A stretch of DNA of 63,190 bases, filler included, from Stramenopiles sp. TOSAG23-2 (GCA_900128395.1; 8 parts of 8 records of this genome joined end to end with filler, not necessarily neighbours in it), one strand, 5' to 3'; counted from the first letter of the whole stretch, positions 23,301 through 34,910 are shown. Notes: generated by a model from the sequence alone, not told the origin. Translations and numbers: made by a program.

Positions 23301-24356
23301 ATCCTAGCAGTTTTCTTTTCTATTGGCGCAGTCGTGTTAATTGCTGTTCAAAAAGAAAATTACACAGATGTTGCGTTAATTGGTGTTGCGTTGAATTATT
23401 CGTTTTTGCTTCCATATTTCCTTGCATTTTTCAGCCAAAATAGTATGATGGTTAGGATGTTCTTCACTGCTGTTGAACGTTTGATGAAGTATGACGAGTC
23501 TACTATGCCACAAGAACCTGATTGGGTATTGAAAACGGATCCTAAGAAAGGTACGTGGCCAACGAATGGTACATTGGAATTTAAAAACGTCGAAATGGCG
23601 TATCGGGAAGGTTTACCACCAGCTATTAGAGATGTAAATGTTAATATTGATAGTGGAAAACATATTGGTATTGTCGGGCGAACAGGTGCAGGCAAAACGT
23701 CATTCATTGTGGTCTTGTTCCGTATAGTGGATTGTCAAAAAGGTAGCATTAAATTAGATGGAAAGGAATTAGATAAATTAGGGTTGCACACTGTACGTAG
23801 AGCACTTGCTATTATTCCACAAACTCCATTATTAATACCTGGTACATTAGCACATAATTTAGACCCATTCGATAAATATTCTGAAAATAAATTGATCGAA
23901 GTGGTTGAGAAAGTTGGTTTAAAAGCCAATGGATTAAAAGAAAAAGCATCAGAACTTAGTGTTGGTCAACAACAATTGATGGCATTGGCAAGATTGTTGT
24001 TACGGGAAGGTTCTGATCGCCCGAAGGTCATTGTCATGGATGAACCAACTGCTAATATCGACGCGCAAACAGATGAAATATTGCAAAAAGTAATAAATGA
24101 GGAATTTAAAGGTATTACTATGTTGACAATTGCACACCGTTTGAATACAGTAATTGGATCTGACGCTATGATGGTAATGGACAGTGGTTTGGTGAAAGAA
24201 TACGACTCGGCTCATAATTTATTGCAAAAGGATAAAAGTCTGTTGGCAACTATGGTAGATGCTTTAGGTAATGGTGTATCTAATTCATTAAAAAGTCTTG
24301 CAAAGGAAGCTGCAGATGAGACAAAAAGAAAGTATAAAAGGGAAATGATGATTTAA
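20344..24356 (+). CDS. ABCC/MRP-type full ABC transporter; exons 20344-20851, 20939-22840, 22922-24356; frameshift or deletion near 22518
   Basis: TMD1, NBD1 (GRVGCGKS, LSGGQKQR, YMDD), TMD2 (SRFSGDLATMD across intron 2) and NBD2 (GRTGAGKT, LSVGQQQL, VMDEPTA, TIAHRL). Splicing both GT-AG introns keeps frame. The NBD1-TMD2 linker is missing and the frame shifts between EFKE and AAGG. Confidence 0.9.
20852..20938 (+). mobile_element. Spliceosomal intron, Introner-like family copy 1 (87 nt, phase 1)
   Basis: gtaagt...ctctaac...cacag; removal gives GEGFCKTQAVNL in frame; sequence is similar to introns at 22841 and 54832. Confidence 0.8.
22841..22921 (+). mobile_element. Spliceosomal intron, Introner-like family copy 2 (81 nt, phase 2)
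   Basis: gtaggt...ttctaac...ccacag; removal gives SRFSGDLATMD; shares ttcatacgctacgct with copy 1. Confidence 0.8.
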
Positions 24357-24613
24357 AGTGCTTGAGTATTTGATTAAATATCACTATATTAAATGAATAT
24401 TAAAAAATAAAAATGTAAAACAAAATTAATATGATACTCGTACGAACAGTCGTATGATATTAAAAATATATATCATATCATACGACGTATATTTGAAAAG
24501 ATTTTTTATCTTCATATATATCATATAATTTATTTTTTATAGTGTTTTTAAATACACGATACGTTCGTAATATTTTATATAAACAACTCTTACTAATGAA
24601 TTTAAATAATACT

Positions 24614-26506
24614 CTACTCTATCTTTTGCCTTTTTGATTTTCCAGGTCTGCCTTTTTGGTATTTCATCATTTTCTTCATTTCAACTTCATTTTTACCACT
24701 TCCACTTGCTAATAACATATTTTTATCAATAATAATAACACATTCTTCGCGATGTATTGCATCATACACTTTATTTAAACTAACCCGTTCATATCTTTGG
24801 TTATTGATACATAAAATCAAATTTTTAAAACTTTTGTTTGATGGTCTTGTTTTCATGTTTGTATAAAACCAAATACGAATCCAAAATTCTGTATTATTGT
24901 AATTTGATTGGAAAAAATTGTCTTTATTTATATTTAATTGTATGATTTCTTTTTCAATATTTTCCTCTTCTTCTTCTTCCGATTTATTTGCAAACGTAAC
25001 ATTGCAACCACCATTTTTATACCATGATTCAAAAAATTCATGCCATTGACTACTTAACATTTTAGTATATTGAACATATAAATACAATCCTTTTAATATT
25101 TTATCATCAAATTGATTTATTTGCGGTATCAATATATCCCTCATTTTGCCTCTTCCACTCCAATCTGGTGTTGAATCAACTAAATGTGGTATTTCAAAAC
25201 CATCTGCATGTGTAAATATCATTGTTTTATTCATCTCTAACATTGGTCGTACCAATTGTATATTTTCATCTTCGATACTTATATTATTCATAGCAATCAA
25301 GTCATCGTAATGAATATTTTTACTTAGATTACTGAAAATATTTTCAAAACAATCATTTTGATTATGCCCTAAAACAATAGGGCATTGAAAGTGCTTATAA
25401 AATGCAAATCTAATTCTTCGCGTTATATCTTCATATACAGCACGAAATGAACTACTACGTTCACGCTTGATTTCATCTATAAATCGTATATACAATTTGC
25501 AGTTCAATTTATTTGCCCAATACTTCAGTAGTTCAACCTCCTTTTGTACGCAAGAGCGATTGTTGTAACATATATGTAACATGATCATTTCATAATTGTT
25601 ATCTTCTTCTTTGCATATTTCATTGATAATTAAACTTGCTAACATGGAATCCACGCCTCCAGAAATACTAACAGCTATTTTATTATTTACAATTGTTGAT
25701 TGCTTTATCATATTTAATGTTTTCCTAAATTCTGATTTTAAAATTTTCATATATTTCGTTTTTTCATTTACAGTATATACAGGATACTTCGGTTTTTCTA
25801 ATATTTCAGGATATTGAGCAGGTGCGGCAATCTGATTTGACATTGTTGCTGACGGCGATGATGGCATCAATTGCTCCTCCGAAAATGGTGATGGTTGTGC
25901 TAAATCGTTATATCCAATATTTTTTTCTTTAAATTCATTAATATCTAATATTGTTGCTTTTAAAAATCTTAAATACAAAGCATTTGTAGGATTTATTTCC
26001 AATAATTGATATAATTTTTTCAATGCAAACATTTTTAACTTTAAATTTTTGTTATGGCGTATGGCTAATAAAACAAATACTTTTTTCCATGGTTCTGATT
26101 TTTCATAAGCTGCAAAATTAGCATGTAAAATATGAAATGCAATATGTGTCGCGAAACGAAATGCTAATTTTTTGTGAAATGTATTATTCGATATTTTTTC
26201 ACATGGATGTCGATAAATTTGATCATAGTGTAACAATAAAGATAAATTAATATTGATATCATGAGGTTGATACGTTAATTTTGTATTTGTTGAAATCGGA
26301 AAGGTATCAATACGCTGATGGCTAAACCAACCTTTTTTATTATTACCCCAATATTCAATGATAGATTCCAACAACCATATTCCTTGGTTGTGTATTGTGT
26401 TACTGCTCTTGTTGTTATTATTATCAACTATTTGATTGTAGTATACAATTGAATAAAAATTTTGCAACATTGAATGGTGCAATGTGTTATTATTAATAGT
26501 AGCCAT
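24614..26506 (-). CDS. TilS/MesJ-like PP-loop tRNA-modifying ATPase with N-terminal DUF924-like domain
   Basis: SISGGVDSM PP-loop, HICYNNR, YEDITRRIRF, LGHNQNDCFEN, LVRPML, DSTPDWSGRGKMRD; the N-terminal WFS...YDQIYRH...LAIRH pattern resembles DUF924. Confidence 0.8.
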   Translation of the reverse strand: MATINNNTLHHSMLQNFYSIVYYNQIVDNNNNKSSNTIHNQGIWLLESIIEYWGNNKKGWFSHQRIDTFPISTNTKLTYQPHDININLSLLLHYDQIYRHPCEKISNNTFHKKLAFRFATHIAFHILHANFAAYEKSEPWKKVFVLLAIRHNKNLKLKMFALKKLYQLLEINPTNALYLRFLKATILDINEFKEKNIGYNDLAQPSPFSEEQLMPSSPSATMSNQIAAPAQYPEILEKPKYPVYTVNEKTKYMKILKSEFRKTLNMIKQSTIVNNKIAVSISGGVDSMLASLIINEICKEEDNNYEMIMLHICYNNRSCVQKEVELLKYWANKLNCKLYIRFIDEIKRERSSSFRAVYEDITRRIRFAFYKHFQCPIVLGHNQNDCFENIFSNLSKNIHYDDLIAMNNISIEDENIQLVRPMLEMNKTMIFTHADGFEIPHLVDSTPDWSGRGKMRDILIPQINQFDDKILKGLYLYVQYTKMLSSQWHEFFESWYKNGGCNVTFANKSEEEEEENIEKEIIQLNINKDNFFQSNYNNTEFWIRIWFYTNMKTRPSNKSFKNLILCINNQRYERVSLNKVYDAIHREECVIIIDKNMLLASGSGKNEVEMKKMMKYQKGRPGKSKRQKIE

Positions 26507-26516
26507 AATGAATATT

Positions 26517-26555
<39 letters not shown>

Positions 26556-26605
26556 CCAAGATAATGAAAGAAATTTATAACGCACGGCAATAGATAAAAC
26601 AGGTA

Positions 26606-26705
26606 NNNNNNNNNNNNNNNNNNNNNNNNNNNNNNNNNNNNNNNNNNNNTTAATTAATTAANNNNNNNNNNNNNNNNNNNNNNNNNNNNNNNNNNNNNNN
26701 NNNNN
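26606..26705. other. Artificial contig linker (44 N + TTAATTAATTAA + 44 N)
   Basis: Six-frame stop 12-mer embedded in N runs. Confidence 0.97.
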
Positions 26706-26709
26706 ACCT

Positions 26710-27063
26710 AACGCATCACGTATCATATTTAGATACATACAAATATGTTTGAATGATTGTTTTGTGTAACGTATGTATGATTTATTAAATGTGTACTCAC
26801 TTTTGACAAATACAATTAGTATATAAGTAGCATTATGATGTTAGGATCAGAATAGCATTGTAAATCATGTATATTGAGTTTGCTACTTTTAGGTTTATAA
26901 AAAGGTAAAGTATGCAATTCAAACATTACAATATTCCAAAATAGGTTTGTATGTATCTAAATATGATACGTGATGCGTTGTATTGATGTAAACATTGTTC
27001 CAAAATAGGTTTGTATGTATCTAAATATGATACGTGATGCGTTGTATTGATGTAAACATTGTT
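26710..27063. repeat. 34-bp inverted repeat plus 64-nt tandem duplication at contig start
   Basis: aacgcatcacgtatcatatttagatacatacaaa (26710-26743); its reverse complement occurs at 26946-26979 and 27010-27043. Confidence 0.8.
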
Positions 27064-27734
27064 TACATACATGTTTTATACGTATGTATGTGTAGATGTA
27101 CCATTTTCAAATAGCATAGTAATAGCATTACGGATAAAAGTCAGGTAATATAGATATATAGGTAATTATAACACACTAACACTACAACAAGTACCTTGGG
27201 GATTTTGCTTGGGGATGGACCACCCATCCCCAAGTGAGCTTGGGGATTAAGGATATTTTTCAGGATTCCGACTACACTCTCTTTAGTGATGATGTATGCT
27301 GGCCCAGCTGGTACAATAAATATATAATAAAATAATGTAAAACGAAAAAGTCTCAGCTATTAGAGCTATATCCAGGCTATGTACCACCACCACACCTATA
27401 CTTGAGTAGCTCTAGGCCTATACCAGCGAGCTCTAGCTCTAGCTGGGCTATAGCTACCTCGGAATCTCGGAATAGCTATAAGCTAAAGGCTATATATACG
27501 ACTACAATTAGTATATACGCTCATCGTACTACTATGTGGCCATCGATGCTAGACGACTCCTCGTACTATACAGTAGTACTGTTGTATAGAGAGCTACGAT
27601 ACGAGGAGAGGGGCCAATCATAGTGTACACTGTCTATTAGCTTGACTAGAAAAAACATATATATAATAGGTTGATTTAAATATAATAAGAGATAATAAAA
27701 AGTATTTTCCACAACAAAAGATCACCGTTTGAAC

Positions 27735-29933
27735 ATGGATACTATTAATTTATCAGCGATGCTTGGTATGCAATCAGGTGTTGTTACCACAGTTACAGAA
27801 CCAATACAAGATGAAAACCCATTAGATCATCTCACACTACCATCACATATTAAATACAAATTTAGAAATCGTAAAAGGGATCAAAAAAATAATTTATGGA
27901 GGAAGTATCATAATCCAAATCGATTACAAGATCGATTAAAGTTGAGAGTTAAATCACAATTAGGTAATGTTAAAGACGATGCGGCTAGTTTTCTGTGGGG
28001 CCCGGCAAAATTATCTGCCGCAGCTATTGCATGGGAAAAGCGACAAAATGAAAAAAGAAGATTAGCAAAATTGCACAAGGATCGTATGGAATTTGCAGCA
28101 TTGACTTTACCAAGATTTGCTGAGAGAATGGCACAAATTAGGGAAGAGCGGTTATTAGCTTTAGCAAATATTTTATGTGTAAATTTATTTGCAGGATGGA
28201 AAGTATATGCACGGCAACAAAGAATTGTAAGAATCATGTTTGGAAAAAATATCAATGAAAGGTTATCAGAGATGATTCAAGAATGGCGACATACTGCAAA
28301 AACAATACGTCATTTTCGACTGATGGTTCAACGAGCAAATACGGCTAAAGTTGCATCGATGTTTATACCATGGAAAAAATATACTAAATACATTGCTAAG
28401 AGAAGGCGATATGCATATGCCATTTATATTGCATCTAATGTGTATGAGAAGAATATGACGACTTTAGCAAATATTATTCATAAATGGTTCAATTATTCCC
28501 ATACACAAATACTTTTACGAAAAAGTATCAGAAGAATACAATTAAAAGTGGTATGGCCATCATTTAATAGCTGGCATTTGTATACAACGAGACAAGTAAA
28601 AGTGAAAATGATGCTAAAGCGGCATTTAGGCAATGTATTAATATATTATTTTCAATGTTGGGGAAATGCCATTCAAAACATAAAAAAAGATAGAGCCAGA
28701 AAAGTCAAACAGTTTGCTGCACGTATGAAAGCATCTCGATTATTACCTGGGTGGAATGCATGGATTTATTTACATAGCATGCATAAAATTGCAAGGTATT
28801 GCCAAAGTCATTATCGTGGTAATAGAAGTAGAAAAATTACAGATCCCTATATCAACAATCTACTAAAATATGAAAAAGAACGGGTAAAATTAGAAGAAAA
28901 TTATTTAAAAATAAAGATGAAAACGGTACACTGGAAGTATTATTTTTCGCCCCGTATTCGATCTGCATACCATATAAACAAAAAACAACGTCGTATGAAA
29001 TATGTAGAACGCAGTAAAGCAATTAAGGATATAATAAAGGCAAATGTTAATACAAAGTATGACGGTGATGCAAATAAAGACGACCACAAATATATTAATG
29101 AAGTTAAATTAAATTTAAAAAATATATTTACTACATTTATATTGGATCCACGCCATGGCATTGATAAGAAGTATGAAGTTGTAGGAGTTAAACATTTGAA
29201 ATTAGTTTTGAAAGAGTGTGGTTTAAATTTGTCAAAAGTTAGATTTGAAATCTTTCTAAATAGAATTGGCTTAGATGTTATTAGAGGACAGGAAACAGTA
29301 TCGTTCGATGACTTTTATGCTGGTCTACAAAAAATGAAGTTATTACCAAAATCGATGAATTTTTATTTAAAAAGCCATTACGCATTTAGACATTATAGCG
29401 GTTCAAGGTATACAATACCATCTCGTTTGCTAAAACGTCACATGGCACGATCCCAAATGAGAAAAGATTTGCTCGAAAAATATCGTTTATCAAGTGGGAA
29501 AAAACCATTGCACACTTGCGAACATTGCCATAGAGGTTTTTTGTTATACACGGCACTATATAAACATCAACAAGAATCTCCAAATGGTTGCGAGGCAATG
29601 ACATTAGATCACAAATCGGCTACTGATATACCACATTTCGATGTTAACGAGATGGTGCAAGGTAAAATGCGTAACAGTCGTGAAAAGGCTTATTTACAGG
29701 AACTTATAGACGAAATCCAACAAGAAAAACAAGAAAGAATATTACATCCGTCAGAAACTCTAAATTTTGCCGCGACTGAGATCCAAAAAATCGTTCGTGG
29801 GTGGAATGTAAGAAAGAAACCACTGCTCATGAAAATGATGGAGTGGTATGAGTTTTCCTCAACACCAAGCAGCAATGCTGATTGTAATAGTTCCATCTCA
29901 AGTAATAACTATGATGATGAGAGTATTGTGTAA
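27735..29933 (+). CDS. Sfi1-like repeat / IQ-motif / zinc-finger-like protein (centrin- or calmodulin-binding candidate)
   Basis: Periodic F/L-x-x-W motifs (LFAGWK, MIQEWR, MFIPWK, IIHKWF, SFNSWH, YFQCWG); IQ-like CQSHYRGNRSRK and IQKIVRGWNVRK; CEHCHRGF...YKH finger; first ATG at 27735. Confidence 0.7.
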   Translation: MDTINLSAMLGMQSGVVTTVTEPIQDENPLDHLTLPSHIKYKFRNRKRDQKNNLWRKYHNPNRLQDRLKLRVKSQLGNVKDDAASFLWGPAKLSAAAIAWEKRQNEKRRLAKLHKDRMEFAALTLPRFAERMAQIREERLLALANILCVNLFAGWKVYARQQRIVRIMFGKNINERLSEMIQEWRHTAKTIRHFRLMVQRANTAKVASMFIPWKKYTKYIAKRRRYAYAIYIASNVYEKNMTTLANIIHKWFNYSHTQILLRKSIRRIQLKVVWPSFNSWHLYTTRQVKVKMMLKRHLGNVLIYYFQCWGNAIQNIKKDRARKVKQFAARMKASRLLPGWNAWIYLHSMHKIARYCQSHYRGNRSRKITDPYINNLLKYEKERVKLEENYLKIKMKTVHWKYYFSPRIRSAYHINKKQRRMKYVERSKAIKDIIKANVNTKYDGDANKDDHKYINEVKLNLKNIFTTFILDPRHGIDKKYEVVGVKHLKLVLKECGLNLSKVRFEIFLNRIGLDVIRGQETVSFDDFYAGLQKMKLLPKSMNFYLKSHYAFRHYSGSRYTIPSRLLKRHMARSQMRKDLLEKYRLSSGKKPLHTCEHCHRGFLLYTALYKHQQESPNGCEAMTLDHKSATDIPHFDVNEMVQGKMRNSREKAYLQELIDEIQQEKQERILHPSETLNFAATEIQKIVRGWNVRKKPLLMKMMEWYEFSSTPSSNADCNSSISSNNYDDESIV

Positions 29934-30373
29934 ATTTGTTTTGCACTTTTGTGATTACATACATAAATTATTATTCACTTTTTTTTTCTAATAAAAATCG
30001 GATACCAATATTATCAAAATAAAATTAATAAAGCTGTGCCGAGATATTTTTGCGCTCTCTTTTCGTATGTTTAAATGACATACATATATAATTAAAATGA
30101 AAAATTTATTTCTAAAATGTGCAAGATACTGTAGGGTCCACTATTCAAAAATCCAATTTCCCGTTGACCAGGGTTTACACTTCGTATGTTGATTCTATCA
30201 TACTATATACACAAACCGTCGCATCTGTATTTTTGTACAGTAATATATTTGTACAAACTGTTCGATTATATAAAATTTTTAAAACTTTAATATTATAATA
30301 TTTAATAATTAAATATTAAATAATTTCAAATAAAAATATTTCTTCAGTGTTTTCATTCAGTGCTGTGAATGTT

Positions 30374-31363
30374 TCATTCTAATTCATCCGCAATTCTATC
30401 ACACGCAGGGAGATAAAATACTAAAGTACCAACTTTATTAAAGATGGCTACATATACTACACAAACTTCATCAGATGTTAAACAGAATAAAATACGATCA
30501 TGTCTTACCGTGGTGCATTTCAATGCTTGCGACAATTGTTTGGAATCGACAATAACAGTTGATTCATTTTTATTTTTATTTTCATTTTCATAATTTGTGT
30601 TATTACCGACACTATTATTTACAATATTGCTATTTTCGTAAGTGTTGTTATTAATAAAGCCATTCCCACTACTACTATTATTACTACTACTATCATTGTA
30701 AACATTAGCTGTATTGCTGCCAGCGATACCTCTTTTAGCTTGTAACCCATCATATATTGTTCTAATATTTACAGCATCAGTTTGTGCTTTTAACTGCAAT
30801 CGGCCGTTTAAACTTCCTGTTATATTGACAAATTTACCAAACATTTTTAACTTATCAACAACAGAACGTATACTTGATACATCTTTTGGTGCCATAATAC
30901 GGATTTCTGGGGCGTTCATAACCGGTTCGTTTGTCCTTTGGAATTCATCCTCTTTCAACACTCGAACTGGTACATCTTGTATTACTTTAACTCCATTAAT
31001 CATAGTAGCTTCTAAAGTGATACGTGCAGTTGATTGTTTTTTAGTTAATTTCAAGACGACTTCAGGTGCATCTTTCACAGATCTAGAAGCTCTTAACAAT
31101 TGTATTGGATCACATTCTACACATATTTCATTATTTGCACGAGATTCAACAAGATATTCAAAAAATAATATATCAGCAGCATTGAACTTTGCGAAAGTTG
31201 GCACTACATCACTACTTTTTCCAGCACCAGTATTATTCACAATAACATGTAAAAATTTTCTAGTAAATTTTAAGCATAAAAACTCTCCTTGTTTATACAT
31301 CGCTTGTATAACATCGGTTATTAATTGGTATTGGTCCGCTCCGACTCTAGCTCTAAAACGCAT
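30374..31363 (-). CDS. HUS1: HUS1, 9-1-1 checkpoint clamp subunit
   Basis: MRFRA start, F.EY.VES.ANNEI, LKLTKK, VIQDVPVRVL, EP...PE, C-terminal LVFYLPA. Confidence 0.9.
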   Translation of the reverse strand: MRFRARVGADQYQLITDVIQAMYKQGEFLCLKFTRKFLHVIVNNTGAGKSSDVVPTFAKFNAADILFFEYLVESRANNEICVECDPIQLLRASRSVKDAPEVVLKLTKKQSTARITLEATMINGVKVIQDVPVRVLKEDEFQRTNEPVMNAPEIRIMAPKDVSSIRSVVDKLKMFGKFVNITGSLNGRLQLKAQTDAVNIRTIYDGLQAKRGIAGSNTANVYNDSSSNNSSSGNGFINNNTYENSNIVNNSVGNNTNYENENKNKNESTVIVDSKQLSQALKCTTVRHDRILFCLTSDEVCVVYVAIFNKVGTLVFYLPACDRIADELE

Positions 31364-32072
31364 GATGGTTGTAATAATTTGTCCTTTTTATTGTTTATTT
31401 GAAGTGTTAACTTTGTATCCAATCTTGATCTAGCCTGTCTTATTATTTGTTTCTCTGCATGTGATGATTAGAAGAAAACCATGTATTGATACTTATACTA
31501 AAAGTATTAAAAGAATTATTTGTATTTATTTTAATTATTTTATGAAAAAATATTATTATTATTATGCACACCACAGTTGTGCAGCAGCAGATTACCAGGA
31601 TTACCGCTATTAATAATAGTAGTAAGATGTTTGTTGCCATGTTTGAAATTACAAATTACTACATGTATATAATTTTATTTTATCATTCCTCTTATAAACT
31701 ACCAAGTATAGCAATAGCTATTATACTATACCTGGTACGCGCAGGTGCGCAGGTACTTGCATTTTGGTCTATTAGTGTCTAATTAGCAACAACGACGCAA
31801 CGACGCAGCATTATTTTAGCCAGAAGAAGATTGTTGATGATGAGCACACACATCTGTAGTGTTATTTATTATTAATCACGACGTGAACTAATGCATTATA
31901 TATATACATTATTCGAATAATAAGATTATATAAAAAACATGTTCATTTATATCATAATAAAAGAAAGGAACAAAAGTTAAATAATATTGTTGATCTCTTT
32001 TATTTTATTTAAATTTTTCTTCTTATAATTTTTTTTCTTAATCAGTAAAATAATAATATACCACTATTAAGT

Positions 32073-32897
32073 ATGTCCGACTCTGAGTCTGATATGGAGG
32101 AGGAGGATAATAGCAGTGATCCTATGGAACATGATGATGATGAAATTGAAGAAGCAGTACATATAGAAGATGACATTGGTAAACAACGTGATTTTGCTGT
32201 GCCATCTCATTTGTGGAATTTACAGGCAAAGCGTGCTATACCATTAAGTAAGACAAAATATTTAAATGATTTGATTATGGACTATCTAATAATTGAAGGG
32301 GAAGAGTTAGCTGCGCGTACCTTTGTAAATGAAAGCGGGATAACGCCTATAGTAGATTTAGACACAATCGAAGCGAGGCAAACCGTGCGGCGAAACATTC
32401 TGGAAGGAAAATGTAGTGTTGCAATTGAAAAAATAAATAAATTAGACATTAATATTTTGAATTCAAAGGAGAAAGGACTAAAATTATTGTTTAAATTGAA
32501 GAAACAAATTTTAATAGAAATGATACGTGACAAAAATATTAATGGCGCGTTAGACTATGTACAAAGTGATATTGAGCCCATTATGAAATCCATGCCAAAT
32601 TTAATAGAAAAGATGGAGGACGTGCTATTGTTAATGGCATTTGATAATTTGGATGTAGCTCCAAAAGCATGTCGAAATTTAATGAACTTGAAACAACGTG
32701 GTTATATAGCAAATGAGGTTAATTCGATCATATTAAATTATTTTAATCAAACTACAATTAATCAAATTACAATGATAGAAAAAGAAAGGAAATGGATTGA
32801 AAACAAATTGCTTGATTGGGAAACGAGTGGCATCCCATATGTTAATAATAATACCAAAAATAGTAATAATAGTGAAAGAAATAGTCCATCGGTATGA
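32073..32897 (+). CDS. GID8: GID8/TWA1-like LisH-CTLH-CRA protein
   Basis: LNDLIMDYLIIEG (LisH), IEARQTVRRNILEG...AIEKIN (CTLH), LLFKLKKQILIEMIR, QRGYIANEVNSIIL (CRA). Confidence 0.88.
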   Translation: MSDSESDMEEEDNSSDPMEHDDDEIEEAVHIEDDIGKQRDFAVPSHLWNLQAKRAIPLSKTKYLNDLIMDYLIIEGEELAARTFVNESGITPIVDLDTIEARQTVRRNILEGKCSVAIEKINKLDINILNSKEKGLKLLFKLKKQILIEMIRDKNINGALDYVQSDIEPIMKSMPNLIEKMEDVLLLMAFDNLDVAPKACRNLMNLKQRGYIANEVNSIILNYFNQTTINQITMIEKERKWIENKLLDWETSGIPYVNNNTKNSNNSERNSPSV

Positions 32898-33750
32898 AGC
32901 ACGGTATGGTATAGTTTGAAAAAAAATAAAAGCTGCGCCATATTATTTAAAAAAATATGATATCATACTATTTTAATTGTGAGATATGAGATAAGATGTA
33001 ATTATGATATCGTCCAGCACGTTCAACGAAGGAGTATGGAAGGATAGAAACCTACTTGTGCTTGTAGAGTATTAGAGTGCAGACGTGCATTACAACTTTC
33101 CTACATAGTGTAGGATTAACTCCATTTCTGAGATACAGTATTGAGCATAGTATTTACAGCAGGAAGGAGAATATTGACATACTATTGTGCGAAATACATA
33201 CATTATTGCCTCAGTTACAGTATTTCTTTTGGAGAGTATAGGAATTATCATTTTTGAGTATGATTAAATACTGCAAGTTGACACCGTCTATTTACCTTCA
33301 TAATTGGTATTCTCTTTTTTTATTCTCTTTTTTTATAAAATATACGAAGCGTAAGAAATATCAACATCCTAGTGTGAGATATGATAGATATTTATTGCCT
33401 GTGGGATGGTTAAAATCTAAGTTATTAATACTACACACGCTTAAATACTCAATCTCAGGAAATAATATATCATATATATTTGTTAATATTCTCTCAATCT
33501 AAGAAAAGGATTTACTCCTACACTATTAATAAAGCTCTCATGCGCCGCCGCAAGCTACGAGCACAAGTAGGTCTGAATCCAGCATAACACACTCGATGAA
33601 AGTGATGTAAAATATGCGTAAATTTAATTATATTTGATAATATCTATGATAGTGTTCCCACATCATATAAAATAAATATACATATAATAGTAAAAGAGAA
33701 TTTTTTATATATATATATAGTATAATTAGATTTTAACCATATATATAGTA

Positions 33751-34084
33751 TAATTAATGCATAACTTATTTTTTAATTTACTCATGATAATTCCTACTCT
33801 CCAGAAAGAATATATGATACAATAACTGAGACAATAATATCTATCTCACTAAACTGTTCCCATTATAATATGATATGATATCATATCATATCATTTTTAA
33901 TATATAATATACGAACGTATAATATTGACACACTCTGTGGATTTCAATGAACTCTATCGCAATGTTACGATTTATTGTCCATCTTTCAGTTTAGTGAGAT
34001 AGATTTGTCTCAGTTATTGTATTCTTTCTGGAGAGTAGGAATTATCATATGAGTAAATTAAAAAATAAGTTAATGCATTAATTA
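33751..34084. mobile_element. MITE-like foldback with about 100-bp imperfect inverted arms (dispersed repeat family A)
   Basis: Left arm 33751-33856 (taattaatgc...gataattcctactctccagaaagaata...cactaaactg) is the reverse complement of right arm 33987-34084, apart from small indels. Confidence 0.75.
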
Positions 34085-34199
34085 ATATTTAATTTAAAAA
34101 TATTATAAATATTTTTATAAAATTTAACCATACTAAATAATATTAACATTAAAAATATCATATCATGTAATTATGATGCACCTCAATAATAATATACAT

Positions 34200-34910
34200 T
34201 TATTTACCTTTAACTCGACGCCGCATTAAATTTTCACAATCTTTCGGTGTATATCGTATATTAGAAGGTAAAGGCAACCCTTTACACATTTTTTCGCACT
34301 TATGTGTACTAAAAAATGCTTCAATTCCAACCATACCACAATCTAACTCTCCAAAAGGTTCACCAAAACCTTCCCCACTATGTATAGCTGGATCAGTCAA
34401 TATATATTTGTCGTTTCTACGTTCACCTTGTAAATCAACTATCATAAATTTTTGTTTGGATTTCCAATATGACCAATGTGCAAAACACGATAAAGTCCCA
34501 TGAAAGAGCAATGTTCCATTGTTTGATATAAATTTTTCATATTTCCCATTGATTTTTTCCTCCACTGTAACAACATCGCCTAACCTAACAGAAGTATATA
34601 ACCAACTAACCATGGCAACTTTGGATACAATTGCAACTTTTGGTAATAAAAACACTAGTGGGCGCTCAATTTTTTCCAACTTATTAAAATCAGCTGCAAG
34701 TTTCCTAGCGATTCTTGTTATTCTTACAGTATTCCCATTTTTGAATGCCGCATCTGCGCTCTTGAAAACTTTAACAATGCACTGTTGCCCAGTATTTGCC
34801 CCAGATATATATTGACCAACATGCGCAGTTTTATATTCACCCCTGCCAAAAATAGATGGGTCATACTTTACAATATCGCCATTTTTTAGTTTACATTCAT
34901 TTTGTCCCAT
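34200..34910 (-). CDS. Stand-alone alpha-kinase (eEF2K/MHCK family catalytic domain)
   Basis: FGRGEYK, IVKVFK, VEEKINGKYEKFISN, FAHWSY, MIVDLQG, LTDPAIH, DCG.VGI..FF..HKC...C. Confidence 0.92.
   Translation of the reverse strand: MGQNECKLKNGDIVKYDPSIFGRGEYKTAHVGQYISGANTGQQCIVKVFKSADAAFKNGNTVRITRIARKLAADFNKLEKIERPLVFLLPKVAIVSKVAMVSWLYTSVRLGDVVTVEEKINGKYEKFISNNGTLLFHGTLSCFAHWSYWKSKQKFMIVDLQGERRNDKYILTDPAIHSGEGFGEPFGELDCGMVGIEAFFSTHKCEKMCKGLPLPSNIRYTPKDCENLMRRRVKGK

Noticed and set aside
282-31433. Long antisense or overlapping ORFs (e.g. 282-998, 5641-6162, 12815-13414, 30714-31433)
   Set aside because: Shadows of real genes on the opposite strand, with no domain signal.
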